From assembly GCF_009834535.1 (NCBI RefSeq), contig NC_045696.1:32056001-32120000 (forward strand): DNA of 64,000 nucleotides. The letters run 5' to 3'. The first letter of the stretch is position 1, and each line of letters opens with the position of its first letter. Position numbers and translations under genes: made by a program. Positions 50,631 to 64,000 of this stretch are shown here, in pieces. Origin of the DNA: Camelus ferus. Lineage: Eukaryota. The notes beneath the pieces are model-generated. The model ran no database searches and was not told the origin of the DNA. It saw nothing but the letters and a program-made list of their open reading frames with translations.

Positions 50631-52466
50631 TGATTTTCATGTTAGTATTTATATTATCTGAATTACAAAGAATTGTATTTCTTTTTAGAATTTATTTAAA
50701 AGCCAGAGAGAGACTTTTAAAACATGGAAAACATAAACCTGTTTTTCTCATTTCTTTTGTGAATTTGGAGAAAAATATTGGCATTTCTTATGAAAAGAAA
50801 AAGATAAAGTGAAAATCATTTGAAGTAAGTGTTTTTTTTCCATATGTTGTTTTGATTTTATATTTATTTTATATATCATTTGGTAATATTTGATCTTGTA
50901 TTTATTTTATGTATCATTTAGTTACTGACTTGTATTCTTAGATTTATCTCCTTTTATAGTTTTAAACACTATCAAACTTATATATATGAATGTCCAAGAA
51001 AAAAAAAAACCTCTCCAAGTTGATATATTAAAATTGAAAACAAACACAAACAAAAACTCCTCAAAACCAACATCATGGTTCTCTTGGATTATAATGAAAT
51101 GGGTGATACAGGGTTGATTTTTATCTGATAATCCAATCAAAGGTTAAAGATAGTGACATTCTCAGTATGAGAAAGCTGTTGCTGAATGTTGACAGAATAT
51201 TCTGAAACTCATTTCCTTTGTTGTCATCCTGATGAAACGCGTGTTATTTAACTGTAAAGTTCATTTTTCCCCTCGTAAAATTTCAGGGGGCCCTTTTACT
51301 GCTGGATTGTCTTTGCCCGTGGGCTGTATCTTCTTAATTTGTTCAATAGGAAAAGGCAATATGTAGATTTCACAATAAAAAACAAACCTAAGTAAGCCTT
51401 CCCTATGTGTTCTTTTTCATAAAGGCTTATTTTTAACCTGTTTAAGGTACAGTAAGATATTCTTTATGAGGCTCAGATAATAAAATGGAGGAAATTATTT
51501 TGTGAAACTTGGCCACACAGCATGATCTTCCAAAAGTGATCTTTCATTAGAGTATCTTTATAAACTTAAAGATAATCCTGTGTATTTTAAACTCTGAGTT
51601 TAAATTAATAACAGATTTTGCTGCCATTTTAATATAGCAACTATGTTTTCTAGAACCAAAAATTCCCACGTAATTTTAAGACCCTAATGTTCCCTTTTTA
51701 ATACGTAAAGTACAGGATGAAGGAAAATGTGTAACAACAGAGGCAGGTACTGAGGAACAAATCTCAGCAGCTACATAACTATTGATCTAATTGCAAACTG
51801 TGAAATTTTATTTTGTGATGTTGTTTATAGTTGAGCGAGAGTGTGGATTTGACTAGCTTGCAGCTCTGTAAATATTTACGTTAAGTTTTAAGTATTGTGA
51901 CTAGTGCTAACAATTGTTTAGCAACTCTTTGGATTTCTCAGCCTTCATAACAGCCATATAAAAGTTTGGCTGGGAGGTTTCCAGGAGCAGACACAGAGCA
52001 GTGCATGTTATCCTATGCGGTCAGGGGCAGGCAGCCAGGGGCTCAGATTTGCAGATCCCCATTTGGCACTAATAAATAGCCACCTGGTTGACTGATGGTT
52101 ATAGCTTTCATGATAAAGAAGTAAATGCTAAAAAACAACAACAACAATGACAAAAAACCTTTATATGCTACAACATTGTCTCTAGATAATCTCCCAGATA
52201 GCTTGATCTCATACTGTAAGAGTACGGACGAGACATTAAAAGTTACGTGTATATCTGGAGTATGGCAAGATTTTCCATTACAGAGCTAGCAGACTTTCCC
52301 CAAACATGATTACACTTATCACTGGTTCACAAAGAACACACTATGAATGCCAAGCCATAAGGTATTCATTTGTGAAGCTAAGTTTAACCTAGATCCTTTC
52401 GTCTCCTTGATTGCGAACACCTTTGAGAGACTTATGCATTCAGTATTAGCTTTATGTAGGGAAATA

Positions 52467-53113
52467 CTGTCTGTTCTCATTATTGCAGTGGTTGTGTTCC
52501 ATGAAGTCTCTGAAACACTGATTTAGTGAGTACTGAACCCTTGCTCCTTGGAAAAATACTGGAGAGATTCCTTGTCATGACATTTTTGTCAATGGATCGT
52601 TACATAACCTTGTTGATGTGTGTTTCTGTTTGAAGACACTAAATTTAATTTATATTGTTGATTCATTAACATTAAACTCATGGCCAACAGCACTACAACT
52701 CACGCCTGAACAAATCTTATCTAACACATGTATTTTCTCCCTAAGGCCCATCCTGGCCTTCTTGGGCTTAGGAACCTTAGATAGCACTTCAGTGCAGTGC
52801 TTGAAACCATTTTAAAGAATGAAATCATCAACATAAAGCACAATAATGTGAAAATGTGACACTAAATAGACCTTGAAAAGGACACTTTTTAGAGTATGAA
52901 AGCTGAAACCAGAAGGCAGAGTGTCCCTTTTTTCAACCTCAGCTGGGAATGTGTGCATGAGGCAACTTTTTTTTTTTTTTTTTTTTTTGCTGTTCTGCAC
53001 ATGGCTGCAAATGACTGAAAGCACTGAAAGTATCCATTTGAGGGTGACAGATAAGTTTTAGTGAGGAGCTGAATATTCAAATTATGGAATCTGGGAAAAA
53101 TGAGGACCCACTG
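52467..53113 (-). mobile_element. MER82 (TcMar-Tigger), near full length
   Basis: TA flanks (52465-66, 53114-15). About 650 bp. gaaagctgaaaccagaaggcagagtgtc...tcaacctcagctgggaa matches the recalled MER82 consensus. Confidence 0.85.
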
Positions 53114-54740
53114 TACCGAATGTTGTCAACAGAATGATTTTGAAATGTGTTTGTGTCTATAATGTCTGAATGCAGCTTCCTCTTAATGCTGGAAAATAAT
53201 TATGACATTTTTAAGTTGGAAGAGATCTTAGGGATAAGACTAGTTCAAACTGCCATAGCACGTAAAAATTCCCCATAAACCATCTCTGAAGAATTAACAT
53301 GGATTTTAAGCTTTAGCACTTACTATGATTGGTACCCTATGAATTATACCAGCACTGACTATGATTTTTGGCTGTTTTAATAAAACCTGTATCAGTTGCT
53401 TCTACTTCTCGTCTTTTAGAGATGTAGAGCATACATCCTTTTCTTTGTTCACATGAAAAATACTTTAGAAATTCCAAGGTTGCTAATACACTGATATTTT
53501 TCTAAGTGAACTATCTTAAGATTTCTTAGTACTTGTTATGTTTTCTGTGCCTTCATTCAAACTGTTGAGTAAAAGAATAAAAGCTAAATGCAGACAGTCT
53601 TAAGCACAGTTTTAAAGCTTTCTACCAGATTGAATATGACTTTTTGTTCAATATTTTACAAATCAATTGGCTGATACAAATTCATTTTTTGTTTCTATCT
53701 TCAGTTGTTTTGTCCAAATGCTTTTTGAAAACACACAAATGCACACACAGAAGTGTGTGTGTGATTGTTCGTATTATATGCATATATATTTATGTATATA
53801 CATTGTACCATAGTTAGTCATTCTGGTGACATTACCAACAGGGAAACAAAGTTAATGGCTTCACTAATAAAATTTGGTCTTACAAAGGATTAAATTCGTA
53901 TGATTGTGCAATTTTTCAGTGTACTTTTCTCTACCTTCTGCCCATAAAATAAGACATGGTGGATATTCTGATTGTTACAATTATATTAACATAGATAACT
54001 TAATCTGTCTTGGGCTTTTAAAATGTAATGAGTGAATTGAGGTGTAAAAAAAAAAACTCATTAGGATCTATTTGGATTTATATGTCTTGTAATTGCCCAC
54101 TTGGCATTCTTTTCCCTCTGTGTATCTCTTTTCTTGCCTTCTTTCTCTATCCACTTGTCTTCAATTTCTTTAGAGTTACTCAAATTCTTTTTAGATATCT
54201 GTTTTTGAGTTCATACCAAAATTTATGCTGTCTGTGACCCTATTCAATATTTTTAATACTTTATCATTACCTAATTAAATTTTGCCTATCTATCTATCTA
54301 TCTATCTATCCAGCTAATTATCCCTTGGGGCATAACTATAATAGCTTATGGTGCCCTAAATATGCAAATTTATTTTTTGTCAAATTTATTTAAAATAGTA
54401 ATCAATATGTCCAAAGATAAAAAAGGCAAGTTCTTTTTGTTGCTCACCTAGTGATGGTCATTTGTTAATCTGAATGACTCTCTTCATATCTCTACAGATA
54501 TGTCTCACAGAGGTGTATTAAAGGTATATGAGATTAGATTCATTGCACCACAGCATTAAAAACATGGTAGTACCTTCTGGAAGGAATTGCTGTTGATACT
54601 GATAGCTTGATAGACAAAAGGAATACTAAATAACTTTAAAGCATTAGTATTCTTGAGACCTTTGAACTATTTTCCCTTTGAATACAATTTATTTCATGTG
54701 AAATTAAAAAAATAAAGCACTTAAATATTCTCCACTCCAT

Positions 54741-55097
54741 TGTCTTAGTCCAATCAGGCTACCATAATAAAAATATCAGAGATTAGGTGGCTTATAAATA
54801 ACAGAAATTTATTTCTCAGAGTTCTGGAGGCTGGAAAGTCCCAGACAATTCAGTGTCTTGTAGGTAAGGACTTGCTTCCTGGTTCTTACATAGCCTCTCA
54901 CTGCAACCTCACGTGGTGGGAGGCTCGAGGGATCTCTCTGAGGTCTCTTTCATAAAGGCACAATCCCATTCTTGAGTGCTGTACCCTGTTGATGTCATCG
55001 CCCTAATCCCAAAGGCCCCCCACCTGCAAATACCATCACTTTGGGATTAGGTTTCAACACATACATTTTAGGGAACACAATCTTTCAATCTATGTCA
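54741..55097 (-). mobile_element. MLT1A-type MaLR solo LTR
   Basis: tgtcttagtcc...ggtggcttataaataacagaaatttatttctcagagttctggaggctggaaagtcc...ggattaggtttcaaca. Confidence 0.88.
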
Positions 55098-57156
55098 CCC
55101 ACCAGATGTCACATACCTCAATTTGAAATTATTAAATACTTTCAAATATCTGATTGACATTTGCAGAAACACTCAGTTGAATCAAAACTACTAAATATTT
55201 TGCTGGTACTCTAATCTAGCCAAGAAAAACTGGGATGACTTCTTTGACTAATAAGTATTTGTTAGGTAAACTAATACTTTTTAAATTTCAGTGTGCATTA
55301 GGACTATATTCGGTGGTTAGGATCATAAATTCTTTTTCTTTAGCATGCTTTGCTCAATCTGATATTTATATTAATCTAATTTCATTTGTAAATATTGCTG
55401 GTGAACCTCGGCCCTAGTTATTATATCTATCCATGGAATCTTTTCTGGCTGTGTTCTTGGCCCCCTTTTCCTCTGCCTCTGCTCTATGTGTGTTCTGTTC
55501 TTTCCCCAGGGATGGCCTTCACTTCTTAGGTGCTTTATTGGTACGTCCCGTGGTGTTTTTCAAGGCTGCACCTCCTGCCGTGCACTATGATATACCTTTC
55601 TGTCAGTGAGTGACAGCCAAGAGGAATTTCCTAGACTCTTGATCTTGTTAAAGGTAGTGTTACAAAGATCAGAATTAAGAGTCAATTTCACTTTACTGCC
55701 CAGCACAACCAGAAGCATACAAATTGTAAAACATACAACATAAAGTAAAAGCATAGAGATTCATTCAAAAGAAGCAGAGAGTGACCAATTTTCAGATAGC
55801 TTAAAAAGAAAATCCTGTGTTTTTAGAACTACAGGTTATTTAGAGAATGATTTGCTGGAGTATATATGTCCCATTTTTTGTTTTTCTTTTTCTCTCTTTA
55901 CAACTTTGGCTTTCTAACAACGAGCTAGTGAACACATTGATGTTGAAAGTGTCTGTTTGCAGCGTCATTTGGCAAAATTTCTAAGAAATGCCTTTTACCT
56001 GGCTTTCCTTGGAGGACCTTTATCATGAGAAAGATGTACCTGTTACAACTCTTGATGGTTTGAAATAAAAGGGCCAAATATTAAAAAGGCTATTCTAATT
56101 CTTCATTAAAATGATTTCTTCCCAGTCTCAATTTAGCTTTATTCTCACTTTTACTTGGTATGGAATGACATGATTTCTAAGAGTTAAGAAAAACTTGTTT
56201 CAGATCATTCCTTGTTAAGAAGTAAATAATGTGTTTTGCCACAGTGATCTATTATTGCTTGTTTTCTCTCAAAGATGAGACAATTTTTTCAAAGGTATTA
56301 CAACTTATGGGGCTGGAAATCTTGTGGGAAAACTAGGAAAGTAACTGGAAGCGTTAAAAATATTAGATGGCTAAGATAGAGAATTCACCATATTTGGTGA
56401 TAGATAAGGATCAGACAGCAAAATGGAATCTATTTTTGGAAGCACAGTCTTTTGTTGTAATCTGTTAGGCTGTTAGAGTTAGCAAGTTTTATTATTAACA
56501 GCCTGTTTCAACTGTGACTACTTTGACTAAAAAAACTGGGTTTTGTGATTTTTCTGCTATGATGTACACATTTCTTACAGAGTGTGGTGCAATGATAAAG
56601 GACTCCCAGGGAATGCTTTGATGTATTGTTATACAAATAGCTCTTACTCTACTGTTGAAAACTTTATGAAGAAAATATGATAACAAAAATCCTAATTTTA
56701 AGCATTAGCCCTGGAAAGGAGATGGAAATTTATGCATTTACAATTTTATTACTTACCTTATGGCCTTGAAATAGATGGTTTAATTTACCTGTGTATGTAT
56801 GTTTCCTCATCTGTAAAATATAGATAATAAGCTAATTTGAATGTGTAAACCGTAATTATAGCTTCTTAGTTGTAAAAGGAGAGTTCTCTAGTAGCTGTAT
56901 TAATAATATTTGCAGATAGGATAAAAACAAATTTTCAGTTCATAAACTTAAGAAGCAGTTGACAGTTGCCCTTTTCCCACCAAACAGTGTTGTGGTAACA
57001 CAGTATCTTCTATCATTGAATTATTAATTGCTGACAATATGAAGAAGTTAGGATTTAATTTTTTTTTCACTTGGTCATATTTTTTTAAAGGGCTGATTAA
57101 AAAATTTTTTTCCTTCTAGTTTTATTCAGGTATAATTGACATACAGCACTTTATAC

Positions 57157-57276
57157 TTTTTTGGGGGGGGCAATTAAGTTTTATTTACTTATTTTTTTAA
57201 TGGAAGTACTGGGGGTTAGATCCAGGATCATGTGCTTGCTGGCACACACTCTACCACTGAGCTATACACTCCCCCC
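57157..57276 (-). mobile_element. tRNA-derived camelid SINE (Vic-1-like), adjacent to a short L1 tail (about 57105-57156)
   Basis: Reverse strand reads GGGGGGAGTGTATAGCTCAGTGGTAGAGTGTGTGCC...CCTGGATCTAACCCCCAGTACTTCCATTAAAA...AAACTTAATTGCCCCCCCCAAAAAA (A box, degenerate B box, characteristic C-run/A tail). Confidence 0.85.
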
Positions 57277-57454
57277 AGTCATTATGTTTTATTCATTTGT
57301 TTTCCAAAAGTTTCAGTTGTAGAAGGCGGAAGCCAAAGAAGCCTTTGTTAATTAATATGTATATCACAAAAATAGCTTTTTCTCATCCTACACATCTTTG
57401 CTAGAATTATTTTCCAGTAGGCTCTTGTGTCTTACCAAAGCAGAGGCAGTACTC

Positions 57455-58030
57455 TGCTTATTCAACATTCAAGAAGTACTTTCTTTGTTTTAAGCACTTA
57501 AAAACTAAAAATCAAAATAAAATAAGGCCCTATCCTTAAGATGCTTAATTTTAAAATACATCATTGAGCAAAGTAAAGAAAATGATTCCAATGTAAGTTC
57601 ATACTATCATGATAGGACTGATAAGGTCATAGTGCCAAGCACATATGTAGGGTCAGGATAAATTCAGGACATTTTCTTGGTAGATCAACATCTGCGCTGA
57701 CTCTTTGGATGAGTCTTTAGCCAGGCAAAGGTTGAGGATGTGGCCTACTGCTTGAAGGCCCTGAAGCAAGAGAGGAATTTCAGATAGCCAGTTTGTTAAT
57801 AAGTTGAATACAAGATTTGATCCATCTCATGAAGATTATTTGAAGCCAGACTAAATAGTTTGACTTTATTTTAAAGTACATGGGATGATGCTTACAGATT
57901 TTAAGACATCCATGTCAATTTTGTCTTCTCAAAGCTTTCGTGGCAACAATATGGAGGAGTGACTAAAGGATGGTTAAGATTAATGTCTGGGAAGAGGAAG
58001 AGAATTTGATGACTTGGCATGTCCAAGCTG
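57455..58030 (-). mobile_element. L2 fragment
   Basis: Degenerate L2 3' region (tgaaggccctgaagcaagagagg; aagccagactaaatagtttgactttatttt). Confidence 0.5.
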
Positions 58031-58239
58031 AAAGGACCAGTACACAGTTGAGTGCTCTGGTCTGAAGCTCAGAAAAGACGTCGGTCTAATATCATAAGAA
58101 ACAATGTTCCATGTCAGTATTAAGTTTCTAGTCTCTGAATTAAATATCTGGACTACTTTATCTTCCACTGCTCTTGGTAATCAGAGGGCAGTACTCCTGA
58201 TCTGAGACCATAGTCTGGAGAAGCTATATTCTGGAGAAG

Positions 58240-58440
58240 CAGTTGACAGACTTATCCTTAAGTGATCTTTTAGTAAATCTTTTAGACTTCCTGGCCTTAA
58301 GATCTCTGTTGAAACTACCCAACACTGTTGCTGTGAATGTAGCCACAGACAAATGTACGCAAATGGACATGGCTGTCTTCCGGTAAAACTTTATTCATAA
58401 AAAGAGACAGCTGGGTGTCTGGCTGTAGTTTGCCTCATGG
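58240..58440 (+). mobile_element. MER58A (hAT-Charlie)
   Basis: tctctgttgaaactacccaac...gtagccacagacaa...aaatggacatggctgtcttccggtaaaactttatt. Confidence 0.75.
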
Positions 58441-58764
58441 AATGTGGCCAATGGAATTAAAACCAAGATACTTCAGGTTTACTACATTTAGCAGAGTACA
58501 CCTTTGATTTCACTACACACACTGGGAAAATTTTTTCCCTAATTTTTTAAAAAAATTATTAGTTTATACCGTGGGTCACAGACAAGATGAAACTGTGAGG
58601 AGATAAATTGGGACAAATCCACCATGCAATAAGAATAACAGCATTTTATGCACTTGTCATAATAAGCCAGCAGCATTGTCTGGGAATACAGAGTCCAGAG
58701 ATGGCACAACACAAGTTGTTTTACCAAGAAGCAAGTGATTCTAAGTTCTAATAAACGTTTGTGT

Positions 58765-58817
58765 CTATCTACCATCTATCTATCTATCTATTTATCTACC
58801 TTCTATCTATCTTTCTA

Positions 58818-58853
<36 letters not shown>

Positions 58854-58856
58854 TCT
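58765..58856. repeat. Compound (TCTA)n/(TCTG)n microsatellite
   Basis: Direct inspection. Confidence 0.9.
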
Positions 58857-60407
58857 GATAGTCCTTGATCTGATTTGGATTAAGACCTGGATAGGGGTCC
58901 TATTGTTATTTTCCTGTCTTTCTTAGTGGAATGGATGTTTTATTTTCCAGTTGCCAGCTCTGAGTGGTTTAGTAACAAATTTTTAATTTCTCAGCTTAAA
59001 ATGGGATACAGTTATTATTTTACCATTAATTTTTTTTTCTTATGGCATTTTAACTGAGTAGGAATCTAAAATTAACTCTAATTGCTGCTCTATTAATAAA
59101 TACCAAAGAGAATGCTCTCCTACTAGTTTGTATAGATGTATGACCAGCAAAAGTAATTGCACACAGTCACAGGAATAGAAATGCTTTTAAGACTTACGGA
59201 AATACAAATGCAAACAATGTGGCATAGCTGGGTAGCTGTGAAATCGAAGTAGCCAGCAGATCAACCTCAATGCAGCTTTACGGAATTCTCTTTACTTAAA
59301 ACAAACTTAGAGTTGACTCTGAGCCCAAAAGAGCTATGACCAGAAATAGGTCTTAGAGAAGGAGGCAGAAGTTTACAATCAAATAACGTATTTTGTGAGT
59401 GCCCAATGGGGAAAGCACTTTGGGAGCTACACTGGCTGTTTGAGCTACACAACCTTAGATCACATTCACTGTCAGACAGATTATCTGCAAACCTGAAGGA
59501 AAGCATCAAAATAGTCCCTTTGTTTCTAGTGGTATGTGGAAAAAATATATATGGTTGTATATGGTTGGAAAGGGGTTTTTCTGACTTACAACTAAATGTA
59601 TGTTTTATTCTAATTTTGAGAAAAATTGAAGTTACTGGAAGTCTAACTTTTTGGACTGCAATTCCTATACCTATGTCTCTGGATGTATCCTCATAATAAA
59701 TGCCAGAAACATTGTCAAGGATGGAAAAGCCAGCCTGGTTTGTTTATCCTCAGTTTGATTAACCTTTTTGTGGGACAGCGATATTTATTGCTAAGTTAAT
59801 AAATGTATATTGAGATATATAATCTTATCTTCATCACTACATGTGAAGGTCAGTAAGAGGATTATTAATAATTCTAGAGAATCCATTATAATAATATTAA
59901 AAAATTTAGAGGATAAAATCTGTAAAAGGAATCACTCATGCCACTATTTTTATTTGTCTGCTTTGTTTGAATTTGCATGTTCTCTAGTGCTTCTGAAGTT
60001 GACAGCCTAATCCCTCTTATTTCATCTTAAACATCAAATATTCCTGCATTAATATACCTTAAGGTATTTTCCATCTATCAATTAGTGTGTAATAATATAT
60101 TAGACACTAGGTTGAATAGTGTCTAATAGTGATATTGCTTAGATTTGAAACCTTAAACAAATTCATTTTTCTACATATGTATTTTGTACATAAGTAGTGC
60201 CAACTATGTACTAGGGTTATTGGAATCATTCAGTTTCTTCATGAGAATTACTTCTATAGATGAGAGAGCATAAATAAAATATTAATAAATGTGGAAAAAG
60301 GTCAAGAAAAATTTATCCATTTATTCAACAACTATTTTGCTCCCTACTCAAATAGTATGCAAGCTTGTGGATATACAAAGATGAATGTGGCACAGGATTC
60401 ATATGTA

Positions 60408-60619
60408 AGGGGGTCAGCAAGCTTTTTCTGTACAGGTACAGAGAGTGATTGTTTTTAAGATTCTAATGTCTCTTTGGTGACTACTCAATTTTGCACCAGT
60501 ACACAAAAGAAGCCATAGACAATATGTAAACAGATGTGACTGTGATAACATAAAACTTTATTAACAAAAACAGAGGGTCATATATGGGCCAGTGTCTAAA
60601 GTTTCTCAGCCAACCCCTG
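60408..60619 (+). mobile_element. MER58A (hAT-Charlie)
   Basis: agggggtcagcaagctttttctgta...agccatagacaatatgtaaac...taaaactttattaacaaaaacag...gccaacccctg. Confidence 0.8.
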
Positions 60620-60746
60620 GTCTAATGGGTAATAGGAACGTATAAAGAAATTACTAAGTTTAAATGTAGTATAGGATGGAGATGTTCTAAGGATGCAGAG
60701 TTTAAATTTAACTGAGGCAATGCTTTACACAGAGTTTCGCATTTTA

Positions 60747-62294
60747 TTTTATTTTTTATTTATTTTAATTGAAGAGTAGTTATTTCACAGTATTATATTA
60801 GTTTTGGGTGTGCAACATAGTGATTCAGTATTTTTGTAGATTATCCTTCATTTAAAGTTGTTATAAAATAATAGCTGCATTTCCCTGTGCTGTACTATAT
60901 TCTTGTTGCTTATTTATTTTGTACAGAGTAGTTCACATCTCTTAATCCCCTTTGCCTATATTGCCCCTCCCCTCTTCCCTTTCCCCACTGGTAACCACTA
61001 GTTTGTTCTCTTTATCTGTGAGTCTTTTTCTGTTTTGTTATATTCATTTGCTTATTTTATTTTTTAGATTCCATATATGAGTGATAACATAGAGTATTTG
61101 CCTTTTATTTCACTAAGCATAATAACCTCTAGGTCCATCCATGTTGTTGCAAATGGAAGAATTTTATTCTTTTTATGGCTGAGTAGTATTCCACTGTACA
61201 TAGATACTATATCATCTGTTAATGAACACTTAGGTTACTTCCATGTCTTTACTATTGTAAATAATGATGCTATGAACATTGGGGTGCATGTATTTTTTTG
61301 AATTAGTGTTTTCATTTTCTTTGGATGTATACCCAGGAGTGGAATTACTGGATCATATGGTAGTTCTATTTTTAGTTTTTTGGAAACCTCCATACTATTT
61401 TCCATAGTGGCCACACCAATTTACATTCCCACCAACAGTGTACAAGTTTTCCCTTTTCTCCACATCCTCATCAACATTTGTTATTTGCAGACTTTTTGTT
61501 GATAGCCATTCTGACATGTGTGAGGTGATATCTCATTGTGTTTTTGATTGACATTTCTCTGATATTAGTGATGCTGAGCATCTTTATATGTGCCTGTTGG
61601 TCATGTGTGTGTCTTCTTTGGGAAAATGTATATCCAGGTCTTTTGCCCATTTTTTAATTGAGTTGTTTGTTTTTGATATTGAGTTGCATGAGCTATTTAT
61701 ATATTTTGGATATTAATGCCTTATCAGTCATGTCACTTGCAAATATTTTCTCCCATTTAGCAGATTGTACTTTTCTTTTGTTGATGATTTCCTTTGCTGT
61801 GTAAAATCTTTTAAGTTTAATGACATCCCACTTGTTTATTTTTGCTTTGTTGTCTTTTGTCTTATGAGAACAAATCCAAAAAACAAATATTGGTATGATT
61901 TATATCAAATAGTGTTCTTCCTATGTTTTCTTCTAGGAGTTTTATGGTTTCCAATCTTACACTTAGGTCTTTAATTCACTTTGATTTTATTTTTGCATAT
62001 GGTGTTAGAGAATGTTCCAATTTCATTCTTTTACATGTATCTTCCTCTTGCCCCAGCACCACTTATTGAAGAGAATGTCTTGTCTCTATTGTATACTCTG
62101 GTCTCCTTTGTCTTAGATTAATTGACTATAGGTCTGTGGATTTATTTCTGAGCTCTCTATTCTATTCCATAGATCTATGTGTCTGTTTTTGCACCAGTAC
62201 CAAACTGTTTTGATTACTGTAGCTTTGTTGTATAGCCTGAAGTTGGAGCATATGATACTTCCAGCTTTGTTCTTATTACTCAAGATTGCTTTGG
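60747..62294 (-). mobile_element. 5'-truncated LINE-1 (about 1.55 kb; degraded ORF2 C-terminal part plus 3' UTR) with 17-bp TSD
   Basis: ORF 62113..62307(-) reads [14 protein letters not shown]...[26 protein letters not shown], typical of L1 ORF2p. TSD cagagtttcgcatttta (60730-60746) / cagagtttagcatttta (62295-62311). Confidence 0.95.
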
Positions 62295-64000
62295 CAGAGT
62301 TTAGCATTTTAAATGGACACTTAAATAATGTGTAAAAATTAACTAGCTAGAAAAAGTAAAGAGTAGCAAGTGAACAGTTAGTCCTAAACATAAGACACAG
62401 AAAAAAACCCATAATGTATTATTTAAATAGCTCTTAAATCTGGCATTGGAATATACCAGGTGTACCCAGAGATGATGCTGGCATTAACATTAGTGCCTTG
62501 TATAGAATCCTAATGAATTTGGTGTTTGTTAAGTACTCATCAATGATGTTGACATTAACGGGGTGAAATGACAATTGTCTGTTAGGAAAATACTTCTGCT
62601 AAGAAATGGAAAAGAAGGACCTGGCAACAGTCACTGGTCTAGCTGGCTTTGTCAGAAGAGCTAATGGAAATGCCAAATTTCTGGGAATTTGAGAGGAGAG
62701 TTGGATATTCCTGGAGATTTTAGACTGGATAAATATTCCTATATAACTGTCTAAAAGAGTGAGTCTGACAAGGATCAATGCCTCTAAGATCAGCTGGTTC
62801 AGCTACCTAAGATGCTGTCATTTCTGCGTGCAAATTATGTTTGCAGACGGCACTAACTCCAGAGTTTACATCTGTTAGTTTTCAATTGATGGAATGAGGT
62901 AGGAGGCCCCTTAACTCATTCCTGGCTAAGTATTCATGTGTGAATTTTTCTATTACTTCTTGCATATATTATAAAAAAGTTACATTGGTTTTTATTTTAT
63001 TTTGAAAATTTTGATGCGAAAGAAGAACACATCTTCATTTTTCCCCAGTCAGATATGGTCTCATTTGATGGCAATACACCCATTCATTTATCAGCTGGAT
63101 GTTGAATTACCTTACATTTTACATTTAACTTTTCATGACTTGGTACTAACTGTCAGGGTGCTTCTTGTTAAGCAGCATAACTGGGCCCACTTATTCTTAG
63201 AATCTTATTGCCTGACAAGGTTTTAAACTTCATTGGGAAGTCTTGAGGATCTAATTTTCATTATATCAGTGGAAAAAAAAAATACAGGGAAGTAGGAACA
63301 GAGAAGAGACAGATTAGAAATCAAAAAGGAAAAGGACATACATAAATACAAGAGAGACAATAACCAATTGACTTCAGAGGTTGAAAAGGAGGCAGAAGGA
63401 ATTAAAAAAGATTAAAGCACTTTTTTAATATACAGAAAGTGTTTATGGCCTTATATGTATTTCATTTTGGTTATTTTTCTTTTTTTTTTTCTTAAAGACA
63501 CCAAGAAAATTAGGTTTTGGGCTCATGTCTTCCATCTCTGTACTTTTAGAATGGAGATGAGCCTGAATGACTTATAACCAATGGAATCTTTAGTATGCAT
63601 TTTAGAGAAAAGGTAGCAAGAAAACGAACAAAAAAGGTAGTATTGGAAGGATTGGGGAAAAGAGAATACAGAGCTGGTGAAATGTGTTGTTGGGATAGCT
63701 TTGGCTTTCATTGCTTGTATAATAAGCTCTCCCAGGGGATCTACTTAAGAGAACCAGCCTAGTTTTTAGGAATATTTTCGGATAGGGCTTATTCTCAGAT
63801 TGTGGATCACAGGAAGAGGCTGAGAATAAGTGGACCTAAACTTTCTCTCAACATTTGGCATGTCTTCTAGTATTTAGGGCTTCTTTTATCTGGTATTTTT
63901 AATCTCTGCCTGCAGATTCAAACACTGAGAGATGGAAGTGGCTTCAAAAGATTAATAGGGAAAAATGTGTAAAAGTTACCTGTGGTTGATAGGATCTGAG

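Larger units (their letters stand above)
13514..64000 (+). other. CADM2: 5' portion of CADM2 intron 1 (continues beyond the window)
   Basis: Starts at the GT donor. No downstream CADM2 peptide (AAASKNKVK or GSQGQFPLTQ) is seen in the ORF track or sequence. CADM2 intron 1 is known to be hundreds of kb. Confidence 0.85.

Noticed and set aside
57200..57276. tRNA gene on the - strand
   Set aside because: Degenerate B box, no full cloverleaf and a SINE-type tail: it is a tRNA-derived SINE.
1..64000. CRISPR arrays, operons or prokaryotic defence systems; remaining short ORFs
   Set aside because: The sequence is mammalian. There is no repeat-spacer periodicity, and the short ORFs are chance frames or fragments of L1/LTR/microsatellites.

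Overview
Mammalian genomic DNA, not prokaryotic. It is AT-rich and CpG-depleted, with one CpG island. It is most likely camelid, because it carries a Vic-1-type tRNA-derived SINE and artiodactyl-type L1 3' ends. The window holds about 12.7 kb of upstream sequence, then the CpG-island promoter, a GCC-repeat-containing 5' UTR and the first coding exon of CADM2 (cell adhesion molecule 2/SynCAM2/Necl-3) on the + strand. The ATG is at 13453 and 61 coding nt give MIWKRSAVLRFYSVCGLLLQ, with the donor GT at 13514. About 50 kb of the very large intron 1 follows; I found no further CADM2 exon. The rest is interspersed repeats (L1, L2, L3/CR1, MIR, MLT1/MLT2, ERV1-type solo LTRs, MER3, MER5A, MER58A, MER82), microsatellites and candidate regulatory elements. 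Repeat family names are from memory of consensus sequences and boundaries are approximate unless TSDs are given. Nearly all ORFs in the supplied track are chance frames. I cannot support a new multi-gene system. The best leads, all hypotheses, are regulatory: (1) two microsatellite-guarded candidate poison exons in early intron 1 (UG tract/TDP-43-type, CU tract/PTBP-type); (2) a 35-codon GCN repeat in the 5' UTR with near-cognate uORF and antisense poly-Arg frames; (3) a young antisense solo LTR with a bulged R-region hairpin; (4) a sense-oriented LTR poly(A) signal inside the intron.
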